From: Octopus vulgaris
Lineage: Eukaryota
Assembly (NCBI GenBank): GCA_951406725.2
Contig: OX597822.1
Coordinates: 106,640,001-106,704,000 of the forward strand
Direction of reading: 5' to 3'
DNA: 64,000 nt
Positions 10,607-23,004 of the stretch are shown in pieces; positions within the stretch are counted from its first letter, which is position 1; every line of letters starts with the position of its first letter. Made by a program: the position numbers and the translations under genes. The notes beneath the pieces were generated by a model. The model was not told the origin of the DNA and made no database searches. It saw only the letters and a program-made list of their open reading frames with translations.

Positions 10607-11667
10607 TTCCCATCTTGGTCTGGTACCCATTTCAATGACTTCCCTTTGGCAAGTGTTGAATATTTAATTTTAATAGCAAACTTGGAATTTAGGCAGAATT
10701 CTTCTGTTGGATCCTTCTCAAAAATTCTCAGTGACCATTTGTCATTTTTAAATGACATTTCTTTACCAATTTTTAAAGAACATTGACGATAAAATTCTTC
10801 TCTTTTGGCAGAGGAATCAGCACCTGTTTCACATTCTTTAAAACATTTATTTTGGCATTTATCGCACCAAAGAAGTGGTAATAAAGTAACTTCAGAAACA
10901 ATAATATCGCAGGCATCGAGTATAAATACGGAATGGTTATATTGGTTACTGCCACCTTCCACTGACTGAAGGTTAATGTCTGAATTGCCAGGTAAAACTT
11001 TGGTAAATTGTTTCTGTTCTGAATGACAAATTGTAAAAGAATTCATTGACTCCGTAGATTCTTTACTTATATCCTTTGCAGTCATAAAATTTCTTTGATT
11101 GCCAATTGATGGAATTATTTCTTTGACGTTTTTATCATTTGAAGTAATATCTGTTGGTAAAATTTCCTCTTCTGAACACGAAGAATTAATTTGTGTAGAT
11201 CCAACAGTACCCAATTTTGGAATATATGGCGTTTTCTCATTATTGCTTGGAATATCATGCGTTGCAAAACTTGACTCAGTTTCCTCGCAGTCTTTTAAAT
11301 ATTGCTCAGACTGAGCAAAACTAGAATGTTCTTCATCAAAAAACACATTATCAGAGTTTAAAGAATCTGTAAGTTTATTTGAATTGCTTTCAGAACATTT
11401 TAAAATTTCACCGCAATTCTTCTGTTTCTTCTCTGCAATAATTTGGTCTGTAGTTACCTGTTTCCGCTTTTTTATTGGTAAAATGTAATTTTCTAAATGA
11501 GATTTCACTGGATCTGATTTAACACGATTAACAAAGAGTGTCGTTGATCCAGAAAGTATGTTTTTAGAAAAGTCACACATCAAATCCAGAATATAATGCT
11601 GGACACAATATGTGTCTATGTTTGCCATCAGCGGCAGATCATTTTCTTTGGTGTTATCCTGTTCCAT
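10607..11667 (-). CDS. AOPEP: Aminopeptidase O (M1 peptidase family), first coding exon
   Basis: ORF begins MEQDNTKENDLPLMANIDTYCVQHYILDLMCDFS and ends KYSTLAKGKSLKWVPDQDG, resembling the AOPEP N-terminus as I recall it (DDLPLMAN..VKHYVLDL ... W.SDQSG). Acceptor ttttaaccag (11678-11680) lies just upstream of the ATG, implying an unseen 5'UTR exon. Donor AA|gtaagt at 10606, phase 2. Confidence 0.9.
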
Positions 11668-11950
11668 TTTCTTTTAACTGGTTAAAAATGAAAATAATAA
11701 AAAATTATAAAAAACATGAAATTAAATGATAAAGTATATTTAAAACTAAAAACTACCAACTTTTTTTTTAAAAGTTACAAATAGAAAACAATCAATAAAT
11801 GATAAAAATTGAGAGGAATCATAAGCAAAGGTTTGGTTTCAAACAACATGAAATCGCAGATGTTAAATTTCTGGAAAAACATCTACAAGATAAGTATTTG
11901 GCAGCAGGGTTTTATATTTGTTAACACACACACACTCATATATATATAAA

Positions 11951-12182
11951 AGGCAGCGAGCTGGCAGAAACGTTAGCACGCCGGGCGAAATGCGTAGCCC
12001 TATTTCGTCTGCCGCTACGTTCTGAGTTCAAATTCCGCCGAGGTCGACTTTGCCTTTCATCCTTTCGGGGGTCGATAAATTAAGTACCAGTTACACACTG
12101 GGGTCGTTGTAATCGACTTAATCCATTTTTCTGTCCTTGTTTGTCCCTTCTATGTTTAGCCCCTTGTGGGTAATAAAGAAAC
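11951..12182 (+). mobile_element. tRNA-headed SINE with Nin/Deu-like domain, family C
   Basis: Central domain gactttgcctttcatcctttcggggtcgataaattaagtaccag. Other copies at 17925, 22218, 47355, 63297 and 63712. Confidence 0.8.
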
Positions 12183-12773
12183 ATATATATATAAAATTTA
12201 GATTCAGATGAATATGGTACTTAAGTTAAGGCACCAGAATTTAGTATGGTAATTATCCATACAATTCAAAATAAGGCAATTTAAATTAAAATAAGCAACA
12301 AGGATATCCAGAGGTAATGCAGTACGATCGTTTCATGTGACTCCTGGATCAATTCAATTAAATGGAGTCGCACGAAACGATTGTACTGCATTACCTCTGG
12401 ATAACGGACAATAAATGATGATGATAGTTTATTTTTTGAAAGACATTGTAGGTCAGGTGTGATAGGCCAGAACTGGCTGGTTTAAATGCTAAAGTGTAAA
12501 ACCATGTAAATGGGAAGCAGACTTCTGAACCACAGATTAATGCTTGCACCTTAAGATGGTAGAATGCAACAATGAATGGAAGTTAGCTGCTATTTCTAGC
12601 AGATTTAATAGAAGAAAGTTTATGTACAGGATAAATAGTGTGTAAAAAATCAATGAGCAACTGTAGATGTTACTTAAGGTTTTGGACTAATGTCTGGATT
12701 ATTACTTTTACAGATGGTAAACTGTGAAACATTGAAGAAAGAAATAGATAGACTGGTATGACACACTCAGGAG

Positions 12774-13869
12774 CAGGGATTCTCAACCGGAGTCCATATG
12801 GCCCTTGGGAGTTCATATATAAGATTTTGATGTTAAAATTTATGTGCAATAAATTATACTTCTACAACACGCAAAATCACCACCACCACTACCACCGCCA
12901 CCACCATCATCATCATTTAACGTCCATTTTTCATGCTAGCATGGGTTGGACAGTTCGACCGGGGTCTGGGAAGCCAGGAGGCTGCACCAGGCTCCAGTCT
13001 GATCTAGCAGTGTTTCTACAGCTGGATGTCCTTCCTAACACCAACCACTCCATGAGTGTAGTGGATGCTTTTTACATGCCACCTGGCACAGGGGCCAGAG
13101 GAGGCTGGCAACAGCCACGATCGGTTGGTGCTTTTTACATGCCACCGGCACAGAGGCCACAGGAAGCTGGCAACGGCCACGATCAGTTGGAGCTTCTTAC
13201 GTGCCACCGGCACAGGGGCCAGAGGAGGCTGGTAACGACCATGATCGGTTGGTACTTTTTACATACCACCAGCACGGAAGCCACGTTCAGATGGTGCTTT
13301 TTAAGTGCCACCGGCATGGGTATCACAACTACAATTTCCATTTGATCTTCATTTTGATGTTGATGTACTTGACTCAATCGGTCTCCCCAAGCACAGCAGG
13401 TCGTCCTACGCCCCAACAATATTTTTTATAGAATTCCTAATAATATTTGATTATAAAAGGAGGCGCAGTGGACCAGTGGTTAGGGCAGCGGACTCGGTTT
13501 TGATTCTCAGACCGGGCATTGTGAGTGTTTATGGAGCAAAAACACCTAAACATCCACGAGGCTCTGGCAGAGGGTGGTGGCGGTCCCTGCTGTACTCTTT
13601 CGCCACATCTTTCTCACACTCTTTCTTCTGTTGACCTGCTCACTTAGCCTGCTGGGTGGCGTCACTTGAAGGCTAAAACAATGCAAAGCGCATTGTGACC
13701 AGCGATGTGTAGCAACATCTGATAGCCTGGTCGGTCACGGTGGTCATGGTGATTTGATTATAGAAAGTAGAATGGAACTCTTTTAAACACCAAATGTTTA
13801 CGGGGGTCTAGCAGAATCACAGGAATCAAAGGGGTGGGTCCACAGGCAAAAAATGGTTAAGAACCACTG
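12774..13869. mobile_element. hAT-type MITE carrying two nested SINEs
   Basis: TIRs CAGGGATTCTCAACC / GGTTAAGAACCACTG and 8-bp TSD CTCAGGAG / CTCAAGAG. Nested family A (about 12880-13410) and family D (13458-13750). Confidence 0.75.
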
Positions 13870-14378
13870 CTCAAGAGTTAATAGGTGGTAGTTGTTCTTT
13901 AATCTCGAGTCTTCGGTCTTTATTGAGATCAAAGGTGTTCCAGCCATAACCATCCCACCAGTTTGTATTAACTAAGATTCATCATCATCGATTTAATTTT
14001 CCCTTTTTCCTGCTTCCATGAGTTACACAAATTTTGTTGAGGCAGATTTATTACAGCTGGCGCTCTTCCAGTCGCCAACCCTCACCTGTATCTAAACAAG
14101 ATATTTCCTCATGGCCAGACATGTTTTCACGGAGAGCTGGAAACAAAAGACGTTTTTACAACCATTACGCGAGGAGAGACAAACAGAGGCGTCAACCAAA
14201 GCCACTGACAAAGTTACGGTCGGTCCGGGGCTATAGTAGGAAACACATGTCCAAGGTGCCACACGTTGAGACTGAACCCAAACCTACATCATTGGGAAGC
14301 GAACTTCTTAATCACATAGCTATGTTTAAATTGAAAAGAGAAATTATAGAGCATTGAGGGAGATATGGCTGCTATTTC

Positions 14379-15005
14379 GGTACTACTTAAGAAGAGTAGT
14401 CCCGGTGCGCGCACTCGCGTATCTGCACTAGCTAGTCGTGACTAGTTGATCCTACAACGACTACCTAACAAAGTAAATAATTTTTTAAAACAAAGTAAAT
14501 AAAACACAAATACAAAGTAAAGCGTAGGAGTGGCTGTATGGTAAGTAGCTTGCTTACCAACCACATGGTTCCGGGTTCAGTCCCACTGCGTGGCACCTTG
14601 GGCAAGTGTCTTCTACTATAGCCTTGGACAGACCAAAGCCTTGTGAGTGGATTTGGGAGACGGAAACTGAAAAAAAGCCCGTCGTATATATATATATGTA
14701 TGTATGTGTATATGTTTGTGTGTCTGTGTTTGTCCCCCCCCCCCAACATCGCTTGACAACCGATGCTGGTGTGTTTACGTCCCCGTAACTTAGCGGTTCG
14801 GCAAAAGAGACCGAGAGAATAAGTACTGGGCTTACAAAGAATAAGTCCTGGGGGTCGATTTGCTCGACTAAAAGGTGGTGCTCCAGCATGGCCGCAGTCA
14901 AATGACTGAAACAAGTAAAAGAGTAAAAATACAAAGTAAGGATCGACTAGTCACGACTAGCTAGTGCGGATGCGCGCACGGGGACGGCTCTTCTTAATTA
15001 GTACC
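14379..15005. mobile_element. Merlin-like MITE with nested family B SINE
   Basis: TIRs GGTACTACTTAAGAAGAG... / ...CTCTTCTTAATTAGTACC and perfect 8-bp TSD GCTATTTC (14371-14378, 15006-15013). Confidence 0.75.
14522..14925 (+). mobile_element. tRNA-derived SINE, family B (CORE-like ccttgggcaagt)
   Basis: Pol III A/B boxes, internal (TA)/(TG) tract and (aaaagagt) tail. Copies at 32545, 37249, 52066 and 54013(-); partial copies at 8537 and 48086. Confidence 0.82.
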
Positions 15006-15877
15006 GCTATTTCTATTGACTCTTTAGTCGGCCCGTATGACAGAGGTGGATTTATCTACGGTAAGTGTTAAAGTTTTTTATTTTCGTTATTAGAAATCTA
15101 ATTAGAAATAGCCTGTAGTTTGAGCTGATAGTTTTATGCTTTGCTTTTTGCCAAAGCCTCTCTGACCACGCACCTGCTCAATCAGGCTGATAATAAGGCT
15201 TAAATATTTACAGGGAATATGACAGAAACTGGCTTTAATCGCAAGAGAACAAATCCACTTGGCCTTCCATCCTCCAAGTTTAATTGATGTCAGTAATTAT
15301 ATAAAACGATGGTTTATTTGTAGACTGGGTGTGGATGGAGCAAACCGTTTCTATGTGGTTCCTTTCGTGTTTGTAACAGAGGCTGTTGTTTATGTACACA
15401 GCCTTGATATCAATAAATGAGTAAATATTAAGATATTAAGGCAGAAGTCACTTCTTACCGTCTAAGAAGATTCTTTGTGCCACATTGGAATCTTAAATTT
15501 ACCAAGATTACCGCCGACACATTCAGGAACCGGTGTCAGTTGTTCACTGATTCCTTGTTATAAAATGTACCGGAAAGAAAAAGTTAGTTTCCTTATCGTT
15601 AAACAGTTTATTAAAATACGTGTTGGTCTTACGGGAGATTATGTATACTTTTCGTAATACTACTTTACTACTTGAAAACTACGTACTCGTATTAATATCG
15701 CTAGTTCTTCGTCTCATCTGTATATGACTGTGTTTATACGAAGATAAGAGGTTGTTCACACACATTCGCACATATAGTTACATGTGTGTGTGTTGAGGGA
15801 GACAGCTTTCCAAGTATACATATTTCTGGAGTGAAAGAACTGCTACTCTAGCAATGTGGCTTCCGTAGAACCAGAGC

Positions 15878-16285
15878 TCATCATCATTGTTTGACTGTGG
15901 TCGAGACAATGGAATTTGCTATGTTACACCAAACTTCACGGTCCATCATAGCATTACGGAGGACCCATTGCTGGATGCCTGTATCCCTGGAGATTACATC
16001 AGGGTAGGAGAGTGTGCGCCCTCTGGTATCGCGAGCAGATAGCTTCCAGAGGAGAAGAGCAGAAATTACCTCGTTTTCAGCCCTACAATAATGTCCAGCA
16101 AACTGGACGCTTCTACCTTCCACAAGAGATGATACAGGTGGTAGTTTCCCATATATATTTGTACTTTGGTTGGATGACGCTTTCACAAGATATTTTGAGC
16201 TCTCATAAGGAGGCGAGTGTAAGTTCCATCCAACCGCCTCTCAAGCTTCTTTGATAACGTCCAGGTTTCTGAGCCATATAGTAGA
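15878..16285 (-). mobile_element. RTE/RTE-X-like LINE 3' fragment
   Basis: IYGKLPPVSSLV..R..QFAGH..R peptide and (GAT)n tail. Homologous to 20555-20935. Confidence 0.7.
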
Positions 16286-17924
16286 ACCAGAGCTACAGAA
16301 GCCCTACTAATATCGTTGTACTTAATATCAGCAAAATAGCTGGCTGTGCCTAACATGAAAATCTGGTTAAACTTACTGTCTTTGATCTACTACCGATCTT
16401 CTCTCTTACTTGATGGTGTAATCTGACCAGAAACTTCCTGTCAGATCACGCCATTGCAGTGTGTACAAATGAGATTTTATGTGGTGCATAATTTATTACA
16501 TTTGGTATTACCCGATGATTGTATGTGTTGTCCTTCCGCCACACATTAACAATCTATTATCACCTCTAACAATGTTCCTTACTATGTAGATTGTATGACT
16601 GTTCTCTCCTACTATACTCCCCCACACAGACGCCATTTACTTGATACCGGGAATCTACACTGATTCCATGGACAGAGACATCGAAGATATTTTCCAGTGG
16701 GGGACTTAACAATCTTTAAAAATCCACAGGCACAGTAGTTTCCTATATCATTTCTCTTATATCACACATTATTTGGGTTTGTTGTGGATTGAGAGCTAGT
16801 TGCCATCAGTAAAACGATAAGGGATTAGCTAGGATTTTTCTGTGATTAGATCTGAGGATTTACTGACTTAATTATCTATTGTCTCTTTAAGGCAGTGTGC
16901 TGGCAGAATTGTTAGCTCAAAACAGAAATATGGGCAAAGTGCCACTAAGCATTTTGCCTGTATTTCTGTTCTGAGTTCAAATTCCACTGAAGGCAATAAA
17001 ATGAGTACCTGTTGAATAATGAAGTCGATGTAATCAACTAGGTCCCCACTCCCATAGAAATTGCTGGATTGTGCCAAAATTTGAAACCATTATCTGTGGT
17101 CTCCTTAAAGTGGCGAGCTGGCAGAATTATTAGAGTGTCAGAGAAAATGCTTTATAGCATTTCTTCCGGCTCTTTACTTTCTAAGTTCAGAGGTCAGTTT
17201 TATCTTTCATTCCTTCATTGGGTCGATAAACTGGAGTCGGTAGTATCGACTAATCCTCTCACCTATAAATGTTTGTCTTGTGCCTTAATTAGAAATTATT
17301 AGGAGAAATTGATTGGTAGAATCGTTAGAGCAGTGGAAAAATTTCTTTGTGCATTTGTTTCAACCCTTTACACTCTGTGCTCAGAGCTTACCAAAATCTT
17401 CTTTACATTTCATTCACCTATCAAGGGTCGATAAAACAAAATACCTAACTAGTACTGGAGTTGAGGTAATCAACTTACCTCCAACCCTTAAAATTGCAGG
17501 CCTTGTGTCTGAATCAGAAACAATTATCTGTGGTATCTTTTGAAGTGGAGGCGCGTGGCTTAGTGCTTAGGGTGTTGGACTCATGATGGTAAGATCGTGG
17601 TTTCAATTCCTGGACTGGGTGATGCATTGACCTCTTGAGCAAAACACTTCCTTTCACATTGCTCCAGTCCACTCAGCTGGCAAAAATGAGTAACACTGCA
17701 ACAGACCGGCGTCCCATCCAGGTGGGGACATACACGTCATGGATACCAGGAAACCGACTCTTATGAGTCGGTATGACGTGTGAAGGTCTCTTTTGGACAG
17801 ACATTTGATGACAGGCATTTAAGTCGTGACCGCCCCATTCTCAGAGGGTAAATTGCAGTATGACTGGAGATAAACTTGGCAGCTGTTTCTAGTTAGTCAA
17901 GCAACCACATAGAGTCATTATTGG

Positions 17925-18342
17925 TGAGCTGGCGAACTGGCAGAAGCGTTAGCACGTCGGGTGAAATGCTTAGTGGTATTTTCTCTGCCGCTACATTCTG
18001 AGTTCAAATTCCGCCGAGGTCGACTTTGTCTTTCATTCTTTCGGGATCGATAAATTAAGTACCAGTTAAGCACTGGGGTTGATATAATCGACTTAATCTG
18101 TTTGTCTGTCCTTGTTTGTCCCCTCTGTGTTTAGCCCCTTGTGAGTAGTAAAGAAATAGGTATTTTGTCTGCAGCTACGTTCTGAGTTCAAATTCCACCG
18201 AGGTTGACTTTGCTTTCATCCTTTCGGGGTCGATTAAATAAATACCAGTTACACACTGGGGTCGATATAATCGACTTAATCTGTTTGTCTGTCCTTGTTT
18301 GTCCTCTCTGTGTGTAGCCCCTTGTGGGCAGTAAAGAAATAA
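17925..18342 (+). mobile_element. Family C SINE dimer
   Basis: One head followed by two bodies joined at aaataggtattt. Confidence 0.8.
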
Positions 18343-20554
18343 GAATCATTATTGGCATGTTTTGTAGAACGGGTTTTGAATATATTTTTCTCCCAACACA
18401 TGTGTTCACCAATATTTAACAAACCAGAACCTCCATACTCAACACCTACAAATGAGTCAATTAGATAAAGCAGAATCCAATGAGCCCGGGAGTGGTCTGA
18501 GTCAGTACATCTTGTATTATTCAGAAAAGCAGCTGAAATATTACCGTGAAATTGCTGTGGGGAGATGAAATAGTCAATGTTTTGGATAGAGTTTTTTTCT
18601 TCAGAGTAAAGTCGATTGCAGGGAAATAAAAGAAAGATAGCAGAGTTTTACATACCCTACTTTCGAGAAACTCTCAGTTCAGTGGTCCCTGTCATATCCT
18701 TTAGCTCCCGTCTCACCTCAATTTCTTCTTCCAGCTCACCTGGCCTCACCTGGCCTCACCTGTTTCATCTCCTCTCTTCATTTTTCTTTCTGTCTCCCTT
18801 TCCTACTACCCGCCTTCTACAAATGAAGTTCACACTATCTTGCGTTCCTCATCAGTTGCAGCCAGTCCCTCAAACATATAGCATATAGGAAGAAAAACTT
18901 GTCTGTCTCTCTTATATTTCTCACCTGTCACCTTAATCCGGATGATAGACTCTGTCCAAAACGTTGGATATTTCACTCTCCATGGCAATTTCCTTATATT
19001 CTTTCTGTCACCTTGTGCACACGTTTCTATCACTACCACAACTGTCCCCCACCAGGAGCTTTCTCCGTCCGGGTTGCAGATCCGTGGAACAAGTGCCAGA
19101 CGAGATGGTGAAGATGCTGACGACCGCTTTGTTCAAAGTCTCCCTTGACCTCAAGTGGCCTGAACTCTTTACATGAACACCACCCTGTACTTAACTCCAT
19201 GTCCCCCTACATGGCCTTGCTTTTTGCTTTTGAGCCAAAAAATTAACTAACTAACTAACCATCATAACCAGACACAAACCACATCCCTTTAGCTAGTGCA
19301 TATACTACTTTGATCTTGCTACTGTTTCTGAAGTGACAGGTACTACATTAGGAGTAGAGGCAGTGGTGATAGTAGCAGTTGTGTTTGTGGTAGTGATTAT
19401 TCTTGTAGATGGGAACAAGGGTGGTTGGGTAGTGATACTGGGAAGTTGAATTTGGAAGTATAGATGTTGTTATGTTGGAGGTGGTTGAGATGAAAGTAAG
19501 GTGGTGGTTCTGTAATTGAGAATATTGACAACAATATCCAGGGCTTTGGTTCTATTATTTTCTTATCTATGCACCCTTTTCAAGCCTAGCCAGGTGCATG
19601 GACCCGGTTTCTATGGCGTATGTGTTCCCCCCTGCTGGACGGGACGCCAGTCCATCGCAGCGTTACTCAAGAAACAGGAAGAAAGAGTGAGAGAAAGTTG
19701 GGGTGAAAGAGTACAACAGGGGTCACCCCCCTGCTGAAGCCTCATGGAGCTTTAGGTGTTTTCGCTCAATAAACACACACGATGCCCGGTCTGGGAATGG
19801 AAACCGTGATCCTCTGATTGCGAGTCCGCTGCCCTAGCCACTGGGCCATTGCGCCTCCACTTGGTTCTATTGAGCGGATAAATTTTAAATTGTGATAATA
19901 ACCGCATGACAATATAATAGCTTCTGTCTGTCTATCTGGCTGTCTGTTTGTGTATGTACTGCATCACAAAAGGTCAGGAGATACTTAAATCTGCCTCAAC
20001 TATTAAGTAACAGTAGAGATCATATAACAGCCAAGATGGTGTAGAGCTCCCACATAGAGGAGAGTGCTGCTGCTACGTTCTCTCTCTCTCTCAGACACTC
20101 ACGTGCATGTGCGCACAGACACACATACACACACCATCACACCCTAAGATGCATCCAAAGAAAGCCCACTTGACTGATTAGAATAGGGTTGTTCACCAAA
20201 TGCTACTTTGGTCAGCTTCTCCTTCCATCCTTCTGTGTTCTGTCTGTGAACACACTCCAACTTTCTGGCCCAAAGGTGTGCTGCCTCCACTCTCTCTCTT
20301 TCCTCATCTCCCCCACCCATCTCTCTCTCTCTCTCTTTATCATGACTACAGGTGCGTCTGCTCTTCAGAGATGTCTGATCTCAGGTATTCCCGTTTTACT
20401 CATTCCGCATCCTGTTGTTGCCCATATATCTGTCCACCACCATCAGGCCCTGATCTTGTCTCTACATCTGTTCCCTCCTTTCCTGGACATTTTCCCACCA
20501 CAGCTCCCCTCTCTCGTCGGTAACTTACAATTGTTGCAGAGGAGCGTTATATGC

Positions 20555-20935
20555 ATAAGTCTGGACGTTATCAAAGAAGCTTGAGAGGCAGTTGGATGGA
20601 ACTTACACTCGCCTCCTTATGAGAGCTCAAAATCTCTCGTGGAAGCATCATCCAACCAAAGTACAAATATATGGGAAGTTACCACCTGTATCATCTCTTG
20701 TGAAAGGTAGAAGAGTCCAGTTTGCTGGACATTGTTGTAGAGCTGAAAACGAGGCGATTTCTACTCTTCTCCTCTGGAAGCCATCTGCTCACGATACCAG
20801 AGGGCGCATGCTCTCCTACCCTCCAGGGATACAGGCATTCAGCAATGGGACCTCCGTAATGCTATGATGGACCGTGAAGTCTGGTTTAAAATAGTAAATT
20901 CCATTGTCTCGACCATGGTCGAAAAATGATGATGA
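20555..20935 (+). mobile_element. RTE/RTE-X-like LINE 3' fragment
   Basis: DGTYTRLLMRAQNLSWKHHPT...RRVQFAGHCCR peptide and (GAT)n tail. Confidence 0.7.
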
Positions 20936-21694
20936 ATGACACTTATTGAGGTAGAAATATGCCTTCACAGTTGTACTCTTGTTTATGGGTGGGGTGCTAC
21001 TTCTTTCCTTAATGTCCTTTAGTCTTTCTTGCCCAAATTCATGTCACTGGCCATATTCTGAGTTATTTAACTGAGCTCATTTTCATAACACACACACACA
21101 CATACCGAAATGTACATGCGTATGTGTGCATGTATGTACGATGCTATATACACAAACATATACATAGCACCATCCGATCATGATCGTTACCAGAGCAGCC
21201 AACTGGCTTCCATGCCGGTGGCACGTAAAAGGGCACCATTCGAGCGTGATCGTTACCAATGTCACCTTACTGGCACCTGTGCTGGTGGCATGTATAAAAG
21301 GATTCGAGTGAGGTTGTTACCAGTATCGCCTGACTGGCCCCGTGCCGGTGGCACGTAAAAAGCACCCACTACACTCTTGGAGTGGTTGGTGTTAGGAAGG
21401 GCATCCAGCTGTAGATACTCTGCCAAATCAAGATTGGAGCTTGGTGCAGCCATCTGGTTTGCCAGCCCTCAGTCAAAATTGTCCAACCCATGCTAGCATG
21501 GAAAGCAGGCGTTAAATGATGATGATACATATGTCTGTGTGTGTGTGTCTGTATGTGTGCTCATATTAAACAGGATAATTTACATGCAATTTAGTTAGAA
21601 ACGGGTCGGTACAGAAACAATTGTAACGAACACTGAAGTTGTGCAAGATTCAATCCTCATTTTCTTCCTTATCAAATGTGAGACAGAGGATGTA

Positions 21695-22076
21695 TATAAG
21701 ACGAGCAAAACGACCCTCCTCCCGTCCAATGGACGGTGCTGAGTTGTCAAACATTTAAACCAAATTTGTTTTTTTGGTCTCTTAAATATATTGCATTTTG
21801 TGGCATTATTTCAAGCCAGCCGGCTTTTTTTGCTCAAACTGCATGTGCATTTTTCTCGCGTATGCATAGTATACTTGCGCATACAAATGCATGTTCGCAT
21901 GGCTTTATCGATCGCAATCTCTCCTGGAATCGATTTTTGTAATTTTTTCAAGACTTATACATGCCCTGATACCGTCAGTATCTATATATCAAATTTGAGC
22001 GCAATCGGATGGAGGATGCCCGAGATCATAGAGGACACACACACAGACAGACAGAACAGTTTGTATATAATAGATT
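21695..22076 (-). mobile_element. Helitron-like non-autonomous element
   Basis: Minus-strand 5' A|TCTATTATATAC plus (CTGT)/(GT) repeats, and a 3' hairpin ccgtccattggacgg. Similar relics near 7080-7368 and 9920-10092. Confidence 0.5.
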
Positions 22077-22217
22077 AGCTGTGGTTTTACACAAACATAT
22101 ATTACCTCACTTTCACTATTTCTCTCCTCTCTGCACACTTCTTGGCAAAGACTATCTAGTTTCAGATCACCCTTTCTTTATTTCTTTCTTTCTTTCTTTC
22201 TTTCTTTCTTTTGCATG

Positions 22218-22995
22218 ATACCTATTTCTTTACTACCCACAAGGGGCTAAACACAGAGGGGACAAACAAGGACAGACAAATGGATTAAGTCAATTATATC
22301 AACCCCAGTGTGTAATTGGTACTTATTTAATCGACCCCGAAAGGATGAAAGGCAAAGTCGACCTCGGTGGAATATGAACTCTGAACGTAGCGGCAGACGA
22401 AATACCTATTTCTTTACTACCCACAAGGGGCTAAACACAGAAAGGACAAACAAATGGATTGAGTCGATTATATCAATCCCAGTGCATAACTGGCACTTAT
22501 TTAATCAACCCTGAAAGGCTGAAAGGTAAAGTCGACCACGGCGGAATTTGAACTGAGAATGTAGCGGCAAACGAAATACCTATTTCTTTACTACCCACAA
22601 GGGGCTAAACACAGAGGGGACGAACAAGGACAGACAAATGGATTGAGTCGATTACATTGACCCTAGTATTAACTGGTACTTATTTAATCGACCTCGAAAG
22701 GATGAAAGGCAAAGTTGACCTCAGCGGAATTTGAACTCAGAACGTAGCGGCAGACGAAATACCTATTTCTTTACTACCCACAAGGGGCTAAACACAGAGA
22801 GGACAAACAAGGACAGACAAAGGGATTAAGTCGATTACATCGACCCTAGTAAGTAACTGGTACTTATTTAATCGATGCCAAAAGGATGAAAGGCAAAGTC
22901 GACCTCGGCGGAATTTGAACTCAGAACGTAGCGGCAGACGAAATACCGCTAAGCATTTCGCCCGGCGTGCTAACGATTCTGCCAGCTCGCCGCCT
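22218..22995 (-). mobile_element. Family C SINE tetramer (one head, four ~175-185-bp bodies)
   Basis: tacctatttctttactacccacaagggg recurs at about 22219, 22403, 22577 and 22760. Confidence 0.88.
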
Positions 22996-23004
22996 TTTTT
23001 TTGC

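Noticed and set aside
1-11700. Intronic miRNA cluster by analogy with vertebrate AOPEP (miR-23b/27b/24-1)
   Set aside because: No recognisable mature sequences; hairpins here are explained by repeats.
18935-18972. Possible decayed hammerhead atccggatgatagactctgtccaaaacgttggat
   Set aside because: Needs substitutions in both core segments; too degenerate to call.
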